From: Octopus vulgaris
Taxonomy: Eukaryota
Assembly (NCBI GenBank): GCA_951406725.2
Contig: OX597826.1
Location: 22,444,001 to 22,508,000 of the forward strand
Reading direction: 5' to 3'
Length of the DNA stretch: 64,000 bases
The first letter of the stretch is position 1; each line of letters begins with the position of its first letter. The notes beneath the pieces were generated by a model. It was not told the origin of the DNA. It made no database searches and saw only the letters and a program-made list of their open reading frames with translations. Positions 37,701 to 51,014 of the stretch are shown here, one piece after another. The translations under genes were made by a program, and so were the position numbers.

Positions 37701-40700
37701 AAGGTTGCTGAATAAAGAAAATGAATGGGATAAAGAGAGTCTGCCGAATGTTGACCCAACAGAGGGACCAGCTATCCGAGTTGATAGTTCCGTGGTAGCT
37801 AAGGCAATTAGAAGCATGAAGACAGGGAAAGCCCCAGGTCCATCAGGAATCACTGCAGAGACGCTCAAAATGTCTGGTAGTGTCGGCTATAGCCTAGTCA
37901 CCCGTACAGTTAATCAGGTGATACACAAAGGAGTCATACCCAATGACTGGTGTAGCGGCATAATAGTCAACTGCTACAAAGGTAAAGGTGACGCCCTAGA
38001 TACAAATAACTACAGAGGTATCAAGCTGTTGGATCAGGTGATGAAGGTTACGGAGAGGGTCATAGCCCAACTAATTAGAGAGAGAGTTAGTTTAGATGAG
38101 ATGCAGTTTGGGTTTGTGCCAGGGAAAAGTACTACTGATGCTATATTCCTGGTAAGGCAGCTGCAGGAGAAATACCTAGCCAAAGATAAGCCCCTGTACC
38201 TGGCTTTTGTTGACATGGAGAAACCTTCGACAGGGTCCCCTGATCCCTTATCTGGTGGGCAATGAGGAAACTAGGGATAGATGAATGGTTAGTGAGAGCT
38301 GTGCGAGCCATGTATAGGGACGCTGCTAGTAGGGTGAGGGTTGGAAACGAGTACAGTGAAGAATTCTGGGTAGAGGTAGGGGTCCACCAAGGCTCAGTAC
38401 TCAGCCCCCTCCTATTTATCATAGTCCTCCAGGCAATAACGGAGGAATTCAAGACAGGATGCCCTTGGGAGCTCCTCTATGCTGATGACCTTGCTCTAAT
38501 TGCTGAGTCGCTATCAGAACTGTGGAAACAAGGATTAGAATCGAAGGGCCTCAGAGTCAATCTAGCTAAAACCAAAGTCGTAATCAGTAGGAAGGTAGAC
38601 AAATCACAAACGCCTTCAGGTAGATGGCCCTGCTCGATCTGTAGAAAAGGTGTAGGTAGAAACTCTATAAGATGCACCAAGTGCATGGACACATAAGAGG
38701 TGCAGCAATGTCAAAGGAAGGCTAACTAGGAAGATGGTTTTTGTATGTGGCAGATGCTCAGGAACAATAAACACTGAAAATGCTCTGAGACCAACTTCCG
38801 TCACTTTCCAGGGAGAAAAACTAGAAATAGTTGATAGTTTCCGTTACCTAGGTGACCAAGTCAGCAGCGGGGGTGGGTGTGCTGAAAGTGTAACTGCTAG
38901 AGTAAGAATAGCTTGGGCAAAGTTCAGAGAGCTCTTACCTCTGCTGGTGACAAAAGGCCTCTCGCACAGAGTGAAAGGCAGACTGTATGATGCATGTGTA
39001 CGAACAGCCATGCTACATGGCAGTGAAACATGGGCCGTGACTGCTGAGGATATGCGTAAGCTCGCAAGAAATGAAGCCAGTATGCTCCGATGGATGTGTA
39101 ATGTCAGTACTCATACTCAGCAGAGTGTAAGTACCTTGAGAGAAAAGCTGGACCTAAGAAGCATCAGTTGTGGTGTGCAAGAGAGACGTTTGCGCTGGTA
39201 TGGTCATGTGGTGAGAATGGATGAAGATAGTTGTGTGAAAAAGTGCCACACCCTAGCGGTTGAGGGAACCTGTGGAAGAGGCAGACCCAGGAAAACCTGG
39301 GACGAGGTGGTGAAGCACGACCTTCGAACTTTAGGTCTCACTGAGGAAATGACTAGAGACCGAGTCCTCTGGAAGTGTGCTGTGCGCGAGAAGACCCGGC
39401 AGGACAAGTGAGTCCATAACCCGTGGCCTTCTACACGGGATGGAGCCAGCCTACGTATGCATACCTTCCCTTCTTGGGACACAAAACTCTACTTGTGAAG
39501 ACCTGTTGAGGCAAGTGAGGATCAGAATTGAAATCGATCAATGGAAATTGCAGATGTGTTACCAGTGCCGGTGGCATGTCGAAACTCTACTTGTGAAGAC
39601 CCGTTGAGGCAAGTGAGGATCAGAATCGAAATCGATCAATGGAAATTGCAGATGTGTTACCAGTGCCGGTGGCATGTAAGAGAACCTTCCGTTTCGTGAC
39701 CGTTGCCAGCACCGCCCCGTTTCGTGTCCATTGCCAGCCTCGCCTGGCCCTCGTGCCGGTGGCACATAAAAAGCACCATCCGTTCGTGGCCGTTTGCCAG
39801 CTCTGTCTGGCACCTGTGCGGGTGGCACGTAAAAAGCACCCACTACACTCTCGGAGTGGTTGGTGTAAGGAAGGGCATCCAGCCGTAGAAACACTGCCAG
39901 ATTTGACTGGGCCTGATGAAGCCTTCTGGCTTCACAGACCCCAGTAGAACCGTCCAACCCATGCTAGCATGGAAAACGGACGCTAAACGATGATGATGAT
40001 GATGATGATGACTTCTACCACAAGTTGGGATCGGCACTTTTTTACATAGCTCTCCTCGTCCATACGCATCACATGACCATACCAGTGCATTCGTCTCTTT
40101 TGCACACCACATCTGATGCCTCTTATGCCCAACTTTTCTCTCAAGATGCTTACACTCTGTAAAAATTGGACACTGACATTGCACATCCAGCGAAGCATAC
40201 TGGCTTCATTTCTTTCAACACTATGCATGTCCTTGGCTGTCAAAGCTCATGTTTCACTTCCATATAGCATAGCTGTTTGCACACAGACATCATACAATCT
40301 TTCACTCTAAGAGAGATGCCCTTTGTTGCCAGCAGAGGCAGGGGCTCTCTAAACTTAGCCCAGCCTAATCTTATTCTGACAACTCTGTTCTCGGAGCATC
40401 CACCTCCATTACTAACTTGATCTCCTAAGTAACAGAAGCTATCTGCTACCTCTAGCTTACCCCCCAAAGCAAGTGGTGAAGTCTATTTTCTGTACATTTT
40501 TCGTCTTTATTGTACTTGTGCATCTATCACACAAAAAATCTATGTTCCCTGTTAACTTTCCTCTGATATTGCTGCACATTTTATGTGTCCAAAGTTTACA
40601 CCGTGTGCATCTTACTTCCTATATACCTTAGATCCAGCTGGGCCATCTACCTGAAGGGATTTGTGATTTGTCTGCCTTCCTACTTACTAAGACTTTGGTT

Positions 40701-43323
40701 TTTGCTAGGTTAACTCTAAGGCACCTCAATTCTATACCTTGCTTCCATACCTTGAACTTTTCTAGTTCTGGTAGTGATTCAGCTATAAGAACAAAGTCAT
40801 TAGCATTGAGGAGCAACTAGGGGCAGCCTGTCTTAAATTCCTCTGATATTGCCTGGAGGACTATGATGAACAAGAGAGGGCTGAGCACTGATCCTTGATG
40901 AAGCCCTACTTATTCCCTGAATTCTTCACTGTACTCGTTGCTTATCCTCACCTTACTGGTAGTGTTTCTGTATATGGCTTGTACAGTGCCTACCAGCCAC
41001 TTGTCTATCTCTAGTTTCTGCATTGGGATCAGGGGATCCTGTCAAAAGCTTTTTCCAAGTCAACAAAAGCTAAGGACAGAGGTTTATTTCTGGCTATGTA
41101 TTCCTCTTGCAGCTACCTTACCAGAAATATAGCATCAGTGGTGCTTCTCCCTGGCACAAAACCAAACTGCATCTATCTAGACTAATTCTCCCACTAATCA
41201 TTTGGGCTATGACTTTCTCCATAACTTTCATCACCTGATCCAACAATTTGATACCTCTGTAATTATTTTTATCCAAGGCCTCACCTTTACCTTTGTAGCA
41301 GTTGACTATGGTGCTGCTATGATAACTTGCTGCGGTCAAATATGAACATAAAAATCTGTGATCAGATGATTTTGTAGAAAATAGGTTCAATCAACAGTTT
41401 CCCCACATACCCCAACCATTCCTCCACCTAAGTGACATTATCAAGTAAATTTCAAAAAACCAACCAACCAATCAATCATCATCATCATCATCATCGTTTA
41501 GCGTCTGCTTTCCATGCTGGCATGGGTTGGACAATCAATTAATCAATTTTATAACAATGAATGAGGTCTAAATGTTTTGCTAAACAGACATTCTTTTGCT
41601 TACCATATGAAATTCTAACCCATTTCCATTTGTTTCAGTGAATTTTGGCACAGATGGAAGTAATCTTACATGCATATCTAAATATATTGTCGTGTTTTGT
41701 ACTTCACTGGTGGAAGTTCTGCTCTTGCACTACCTGACTATTTGAATGCTTCATTTTATACTGAAATGTACACAAAAATGAGTAATAGCAATTCTTTGCT
41801 ACTCACCAAGTTGTTATCAACTAAAGACTTCACATAGAATACCCCTCGATGTTCAGATGCCAACAGCATATGAAATGGAAAGCCACCAAACTGAATATCA
41901 TGATCAACTGATTTCACCCTTAGCATTAATGGAGGCTGAGCTGCAAAAAACAAAAAAAAAATGCTAACATACTATATTATACTCACTTCCAAACTTTACA
42001 TTCATACTAACAGAAGATGACATGACAGTAATTAATGGTGTATAGTAGTAGACCGATGGCAAGACAGTAATGCAAACAGACAGTAAAACAGTAAAAGGTA
42101 GCATGGAGTGTAAGAGATATGAGAGTAACAAGCAGATGGTTTGAAACAATAATAGATATATTATGGTGTAGTTCAAAGAAAATTGAAGAGGATAATAAAC
42201 AGGAGAAGCTCTTTTACCTTTAATCTTGATATTAAAAGGAAGACCATGTGGATAGAGCCCTACAACGTGTCCTGTGACAGGATCTGGCTCACACAACTGG
42301 GCTTCATACAAGACATACTGCAAATAGAAAAGCAACCATTTCTTAACTATCAGATTTTAAAGATCAGATTTACTGAGGATAATAAACAAGTTGTGACGTG
42401 ATACTCAATGAAAATGAATTAACTTTCAAGATCTATTACGTATTTACGACCAACCATGATTTTTTCACCTACAACTGCAACAATGAACCAATAATGGAGC
42501 CTTTATGAGGATCTGTTAAAAATAGCAACTTAATCTCCTGTGAATCACACTCTAGTCTCATGGGAAACAAAAGGACAGAATGGATAATGTAGTCCTATAT
42601 ACCCCCCAAAAAGGGAAGGTAGCCATGTCTGGAATTCCTTTGATCATAGGTCTTCAATCAGAGTTGCCTTGGAGCTAAACAACAACTATGAATTTACAGC
42701 TGTATGATAAAACCTACAATTAGAAAAACTATGAACCAATTTAGAAAACCATTTCTAGCGACCTCTATGTAGCCACTAGAGAAGAGCAGTGAAGTTTCAC
42801 TCAAATCAAACCCTTACTCTTTAAAAAATATTGAAAACATTGAATAATGCAGTCCTATATGAATAAAATATGAAATGGTCATTACTCAAATGCCTTTGAC
42901 CCTTGATTTACACACTCATTTCTGATAGAGGTCTAAATAACATCACAACTATAATTTATAGTTGTAATAACTACAACAATTACAAGTTCACTTTCCATTG
43001 CATTAGGGTTCAAACCCACTGCATGGCATATTAGGCAAGTGCTCCTTGCCAGAACTTTTGGTTAGCCAGTACTCTGTGATTGGAAGTAAATAGAAACTGT
43101 GTGGAAGCCTCTGGGTGTGTGTGTGTGTGTGTGTGTGTGTGCATGTGTGTGAGCATGCATGCAAGTGTGCACATGTGTATCTTTTTGGTAATGTAGAAAA
43201 CTGTAAACATTGTAAGAAAGCCAATAAACTAGTGCTTTCAAGCAAATATCACAACGTCCATTGTCCAAAAGCACAAGTTTATTGATTTTCAACATTGTTT
43301 ACAACTTTCTATATCACCATAAG

Positions 43324-43365
<42 letters not shown>

Positions 43366-46300
43366 CACCTACAACTTAGTTCAACACGATTTCTGTGTCA
43401 ACTATATTCCATTCACAAAGTATTGGTTAGCCAAAAGTTATGGGAAAAAGCATCAGCCTAATATGCCATGCAATACAATAAAGCACCTTAACAATGCAGT
43501 CATGAAATGAACTTAGTTATGAAATGAACTTAGTTCATCAGTATCATCATCATCATCATCATCATCATCATTTAACATCCGCTTTTCATGCTGGCATGGA
43601 TTGGACCACAGTTGTAAATTATAATTGTTTGTCAGCAATGAGTGTGCAGACTCATGATCAAAGACATTTGACTCATGAGCTTCCCTTCCTTTATTCAGTA
43701 TGTCTAAAACTGCATCATTTTGCTGTCAGAAAAGCAGCAAACTAGTGATTGGCTTATCATTGAAAGCCTGTAACCATTGAGGCTATTGTTCAATTGCACT
43801 AAATTTCACTGATGTAACATTTCCTGTTATATAAAGAAAGGTACATAGACCAATATAATCCTAGAAATAAAAAAAATGGATGGTCTTGGCTGGACTCCCT
43901 TTGATCATAGGTCTGCTGGATGAGAACTGACTTGGAGCTAAACAACAATAGCAGCCATAAAGCTAAAGAGAGACCCCTTATGTGGTTATCTGACCAACAA
44001 GAAATAGCAAACAAAGCTTACTCAAATCATACTTTGCTATCTTTATGATGGCAAATGCACTTTTCATAATGAAGTCCTCCTTACAATATGTCTGAATAAA
44101 ATATAGCTGCTAAGTAGTCACTCAATTTACTAACTATATCTCCCTCAAATCAATCTCTATCACATAACAAAAGTACACACTGAATAATATTGCCCTAAGT
44201 ACACTGTATCTGCATAAAAGCCAGATGGTCACAGCTGGGGTAACTTCAATTACAGAGTTACCCCAGCTGTAAATGAAGGCTGACCTACAGTGAAACAACA
44301 ATACTCATACACTATAAACAACAACTTGAATAGGGTCATCCCATAAATAATGTGGTTTTTCCATTTGCATGAACGAAATGTTGGAAGGGGACAGGATAAA
44401 CTACCTGCATCAACTTGCTATAAGAACAGGTAGTAATTTTACCATGTCCTTATTCTTAGTGCAAGTTTTGAAGAGTGCAGTTCGATTTTAACAATTATTT
44501 CTGAAAGCTATAATGGAAGTGACAAAAGAGTATATTTGGCATATTTTGCTTTATGAGTTCAACAAAAGCAACAAAGCAATGGAAAGTGAGAGAAATATTA
44601 ATGCAGTATATGAGGATTGGACAATAAGTGTAAGCTAGTATCAACGGTGTTTCTAGAAATTCTGAGCCAGAAACTACAGCCTAGAAAATGAGCCTCGTCC
44701 TGGAAGATCTGTAGAGCTCGACGAGAATGTCCTGCAAACCCTGGTGGAACAAAATCCTATTGTACCTGTTGAGAAACTCTCAGAGAAGCTTGGATTTGGT
44801 TATTCAACCATTCAATGACACCTGCACTAGAAGAAAAATGACCTTCTTAGGTTTCAAGTTGAAAGGTGTTCTTCCATCAGGATAATACTTGGCTACATAC
44901 AGTGAGGATGACATTCCAAAGACTGGAGCAGTTTGAATGGTAAATGATGCCCCATCCATCACATTCGCCAGACATTGCCCCATCTGATTATCATTAATTT
45001 TGCAATCTTCAAAATCAATGTCAGCAAAATACAAGAGGAGTATTTTTTATCACGGACAAGCGGATTTTGGAAGTGGGGCCTTGCAAGTCTACCAGATAGT
45101 TGTAAGAGCATAGTAGAAAATGAAGGAGAGTATATTTTAGATTAAAAAAGAAATTTACCTTAATTTTGAAAAATAAAAGAAGTATTTAAAAAACCACATT
45201 ATTCATGGGATGACCCAATACAATCAAATATGTGCTTTTCTTATGAGACAGAACAGAGTGATCTGACAGAGATTCAGCTACCACTTCCACTAGGTCAAAT
45301 AGCTACAGATTGGCTCTCATATTGGTTTGTGTTCATGCTGAAGGTGATACTATTGTTATTTACTCCCAAGTTAGTCTTGATCCAACAGCCCTATTTTCTA
45401 AGATATTCCATCCTGACCAACCTGTTTAATTCACTTGATCAACTAAATTTATTCATTTTATCTACTAAAAAATGTATTTAAAAATTACATGTACAGAACC
45501 AACCATAGTTTATATATTTTGTCATTCCAGTATAACCTTAAATGTATAATGGCTATAAAGTTGAATTGTTGGACAATTACTGTCATAATCATTTTCTTCC
45601 CACTCTGTGGCCTCCGTTCCTTGAAAATGGTTGGTCTTGTGCTCCTTGACCAAGACACATTCATTTTGGCTCACTTTTCTCCTCTCACCACTCGTACTGT
45701 ACCTACCCACACCCTTCTGTCCAGACTTAGTACTAACCACCTTTGGAGCTTAATTCCCTATCTTCCCATTTTTTTTCTGCAGTTACTGACTTACTGTTTT
45801 CAAGATGAACATAAATTATGTCAAACTCACCAGTCTCAGAGAGTTTATGAAAGCCATGGGTACAGCTGCTTCCTTTAATATCAACATCCTTCAAAAGGCT
45901 CATCAAACCAAATTCTTCCTTTTTTTATGCAATTGCAATGTAGAAGTGTATTGTTTAAGTGCATAATTTATTGGATAACATTTGGGTGTATCAAAAGTTC
46001 AAATTTTCAATAGGTGCTTCATTTAGTTTATAGACTAAACACTATATTCTACATTACCCGAGTTCGGTAGAAATAAAATACCACAACACACATGAATGTT
46101 AACTGCAACAAACACTGGTTTTCTATCAAGGAAATGGTCTGCCTCTCATCTCTCTCCTTTGTGGATGTAAGCATGGTTATCTGGTTAAGAAGTTCACTTC
46201 ACAAACATGAAATCCTGGTTTGAATCTGTGTGACAAAGATCCAAGCCCTGGTTAGATAGACATATTTGAAGAAATCCAGTATATGGATTGGACCTGTAAT

Positions 46301-49300
46301 TTATAGGTCCAGCCTTGTCATATATCAAACTGATTTGGCCTAAGAATTACATTAAGTGTACATCTGTTTCTGGAATATTCGGTTACATGTTAATTAAGTC
46401 AGATGTTTAGTTGATCAACCAACTGTATGATCATGATGGAAGCCAACAGAATGTCCATCATCTGCATAATGCCATAAAACAAGAGGTAAGAAATAGCAGC
46501 CACTAGCACTATGACCCGGTATTGCTGGGTCGCAGTAAAAATTTCTCACTAAATCAAGAACTAAGTTTCTTATCACATTTCAGCCCGGGCCAGTTTTGTT
46601 GTTTATGAGCTAGTTTCAATAAAAATTATGTTCGCCTTTCCACCACATATGTTTTTTAATGCATTTGACTGAGCCTCTGCAGATTCTGAGCCCACCCAGA
46701 GATGCAGCTGCACTGGGTAATAAATCATCACAAATTTAGTGGCTTTGTTGAAGATGAAGGGGGAGCATGTCAGAAAATCAATAAAGACCACCATGAAAAC
46801 AAACCTTCACCAACAAAATGAAATGAATAATCAGGGCTGACAAAGTTTTCAAATTTCCTAGCGAGCAGAAAAATGTGACTGGAAATTAATTAGCATCTCA
46901 ATTTTCACTCATATCTTAAAACATAAAAGCATGAAGTTTTGCTTAAGAAAATCTTTGTATCTTAGGTCATTCGTACCTCAAGTTAGGGCTAAAAGGAAAG
47001 GTTGCAGTCAATTTAAATGCGGAAACCCACAAGGAATAGTTTTATTGAGTTTCCACTGATTGATTGGCAATTTTGGTAAACTCAAATCAAATTAAGATTT
47101 CTTGCACCAAAAGATAACCCTATGTAGGTAGCAAAGGATTCGATCTTAGGCTGTATGCAAACAAATAAACGTTTTTTATGAAAATCCCTTGTGGGGGTGG
47201 GGTCAACTTACTCATTTTTCATTTTTAATCCTACTTGAATAAAACATCCTGGGCTCTCGCTGGATAACTTAAATCAGCTGAAAGCATAAAAGTAAAGCCC
47301 TTCCTAAATAGATTCATTGAATAGGCTCCATCTCTTTTATTGCATACTTAAAGAATGATAGCATATTTGGTCTTTCATGAAAATCCCGCTCTCTTGTCAT
47401 TCACTTGGTCTAATTCATTAATTATTCCCTGCATTTCTCAAATCAAAAAAGCGTGCGTGTTTGAAAGCCAAAATACATGATAATGCATCTTCACAAAACA
47501 CAAAAATGTGCTGAGTCATACAGACTGTCTACAAATACGCACACACATTCAATTGTCAAGGGTAAAATCATCTCCGTCCAGTCAAAAAACAGCTGGCAGT
47601 TTATTAGCGTATCTAGCTGTACGCATGCACCGTGTACAAATTTCTATGTTTTAGCGATTTTGAATGGACATGCCCATAACTTATGGGCATAAGGGGTCGG
47701 TTTATAGATTTTTTTAATGGCTTTCTGGGGTGACTGGGAAAATGAAAAGATCTTCACGACCACCCTCAGACAGTTTTGAAAGGCCATAGAAAATGCGAGC
47801 CTTTTATGTGAAAAACTGTGGATTTGTATAAAGGACACACAGATACACAGACATTTTGCTGTTTATAGATATAGAAATTAATATCTAAAGGTATCTTGTT
47901 GCAGTCAACTAACCATCTAGAAGTAGCAACCAAATCTCCCTAGTAATACACTCTCATTTCATAAAAGAAAGGACATATTAGATAATGTGGTTCTAGATAT
48001 AGAGGACTGAAGGGTCACAGCAAGAGCACTTTTGATTATAGGTCTGTATAAGCCAAGGCTAAACAATATCACTATCACATCTTGGCTTAGGAAGTATTTA
48101 TTCTACATAACATGTAGGCTAGCCCAAGACACCCTACACAACTCACCTTATTACCTTACCACACTGCCCCTTCTCTTTCTTACTAAACCCTATCATTAAT
48201 CCTTTCCTTTCCTTTTCTCTGTTCCCTGCCATACTCCCATCCCCAATACTGCATACTTTGTTACTCCACCATGTTGCAACTATAAATCTGTTCCTCTCTT
48301 TTAACTTTACCTTCCTTCATCGGCCCACCAAAATCATTGCACCTTCTATTCTATGTCCACTTTAAAGAATTGGTAAAGAACCAATAGTGAGCCTTACTCA
48401 CTGATTACCTGATTATCTGAGTATGAAAATGATTAAAAAGGAATGGTATTTACAAAAATAGAGTAGAATGTGATTAAGGTAACAAAAATATAAAAATACA
48501 AACCATTTATGAAATGATGAATAAAGGAGCTTTGTGTGTGTGTGTGCATGCGTGTATGTGTGTGCATACGTACATGCATATGTGGTTAAGAATTTCACTT
48601 CTTAACTACATGTACAGAATAATTTGAGTATGCTGATAATGAAATGAAACTACACCCTCATCTGTCTCACTCAGGTAATCAGTGAGTAAGGCTCACTATT
48701 GGTTCTTTACCAATTCTTTAAAGTGGATACAGGGTCAACTTTAAGCTTAGGCCTTACAGGTTGAAAGACATACTAGTGCTGGTCCTGCCTCCCCCCCCCT
48801 CCAAAAAAAAAATCAACCAGTATACTCTGTAAAGTAGTTGACATTAGGAACGACATCCAGCTATAGAAACCATGCAAAAGTAGACATTGGAACATGATCC
48901 AGTCCTCCAACAAGTCAAATCATGTTGAAACATCAACTCATATCAGCTTAGAAGATGAATATTAAATGATGATGATGATGATGATAACATACAGCTGTAA
49001 TATTGTATAATTAGGGTAATAGCAAATAAAAAATTTGATTACTACTGTCACTGACTTTGACAAACAAATAATCACGGCTATCTTTTCATGGTTGTGTAAT
49101 TGGCAAGCTGAAAGGTATCCAGTTTAGGATTCAAAAGTACACATTTGGGAAAAACATCACTCTTTTGCAAATGAAGAAAAATTTGTTTTAAATCAACATA
49201 TTAGATGACAGAGAAGTAGATCAGACAAAATATGTGGAAATTAAAAAAAGTTCCAATACTTACATGTTTTAAAATAAAATCCATGCTATACAATTCAACA

Positions 49301-50965
49301 AATCCACCCCGATAATTTATGATCAACAAATTATCTGTGACCAAACCATCCTCAAATTTAGGACCAAAAATCTGAGTATGAAAATGATTAAAAAGGAATG
49401 GTATTTACAAAAATAGAGTAGAATGTGATTAAGGTAACAAAAATATAAAAATACAAACCATTCATGGAATGATGGATAAAGGAGCTTTGTGTGTGTGTGT
49501 GTGCATGCGTGTATGTGTGTGCATGCGTACACGCATATGTGGTTAAGAATTTCACTTCTTAACTACATGTACAGAATAATTTGAGTATGCTGATAATGAA
49601 ATGAAACTACACCCTCATCTGTCTCACTCAGGTAATCAGTGAGTAAGGCTCACTATTGGTTCTTTACCAATTCTACTCTCCACACTCTCTCCTAGCCCAG
49701 TTTTCTTTTGTGAGAGTCTGCCGAATGGTCCCAACATATGGACCAGCTATCCATTTTGACAGTACCTTGGTAGATAAAGCAATTAAGAGTAAGAATAGCC
49801 TGGGAAAAGTTCAGAAAGCTCCTACCTCTAGTGGTGACAAAGGGCCTCTCACTCAGAGTAAAAGGTAGACTGTATGACGCATGTGTATCAACAGCCATGC
49901 TACATGGCAGTGAAAAATGGGCTATGACTGCTGAGGACATGCGTAAGCTTGCAAGGAACGAAGCCAGTATGTTCCGCTGGATGTGTAATGTCAGTGTACA
50001 TACTCGACAGAGTGTAAGTGCCTTGAGAGAAAAGTTGGACCTAAGAAGCATCAGATGTGGTGTGCAAGAGAGACGACTGCGCTGGTATGGCCATGTGGTG
50101 AGAATGGATGCTGTGTGAAAAAGTGTCACACCCTAGCAGTTGAGGAAACCTGTGGAAGAGGTAGACCCAGGAAGACCTGGGATGAGGTGGTGAAGCACAA
50201 CCTTCGAACATTAAGCATCACCGAGGCAATGACTAGTAACCAAGACTTTTGAAATATGTTGTGCTTGAGAAGACCCGGCAAGCCAAGTGAAACCATAACC
50301 CATGGCCTATGCCAGTGGTGTAACCAGCCCACTTATGCATACCTTTCCTTCATAGGAGTGGTTGGCGTTAGGAAGGGCATCCAGCTGTAGAAAATCTGCC
50401 AGATCAAGGTTGGAGCCTGGTGCAGCCATCTGGTTCACCAGTCCTCAGTCAAATCATCCAACCCATGCTAGCATGGAAAGCAGACGTTAAACGATGATGA
50501 TGATGATGATGACTGTATTTTATATGAATCTATATGCTAGGCCACTGGTAGTAAAAATTTCTAAAATCTTTATTACCCTGACGTAACACAACTCCTTAAT
50601 TGTTAGAACTTATCATTTCATCGCCTTCGTACTTTCCCCCAATGTTCAACCTATATCCACAGAATACCCCTAAATTCTATGTAACTCTGCCCTCCTCCCA
50701 TTGTTCTGTAGCCTTAGCTAGCGAATCCTATAAAGTGTGTCGTTAACCAGCTGGTGAAGATGTCCTCCAGTGGTTAAAAAGAATATGTAAATGAATATGT
50801 CAATTTTTGCCCTGAAGAGATTTTTATTTTCTAAATTCATAGTGTAATTTTTAATTGCAAAATATGAATGAAGGTAGATATTGAAATGAACATAGGCATT
50901 ACAAAACTAACTAATATGTAAATAAATTGATTTTGCTATGTTCAAACTCTCCATTTTCTTTATAT

Positions 50966-51014
<49 letters not shown>

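Noticed and set aside
37168-39411. Active RTE LINE or domesticated RT gene
   Set aside because: No endonuclease domain (5'-truncated), at least two frameshifts, and the first part of ORF 37168 is the antisense of another RTE copy.
36524-40011. Twin-priming inversion of a single LINE
   Set aside because: Both halves carry their own 3' UTR and (GAT)n tail and differ in sequence, so they are two elements.
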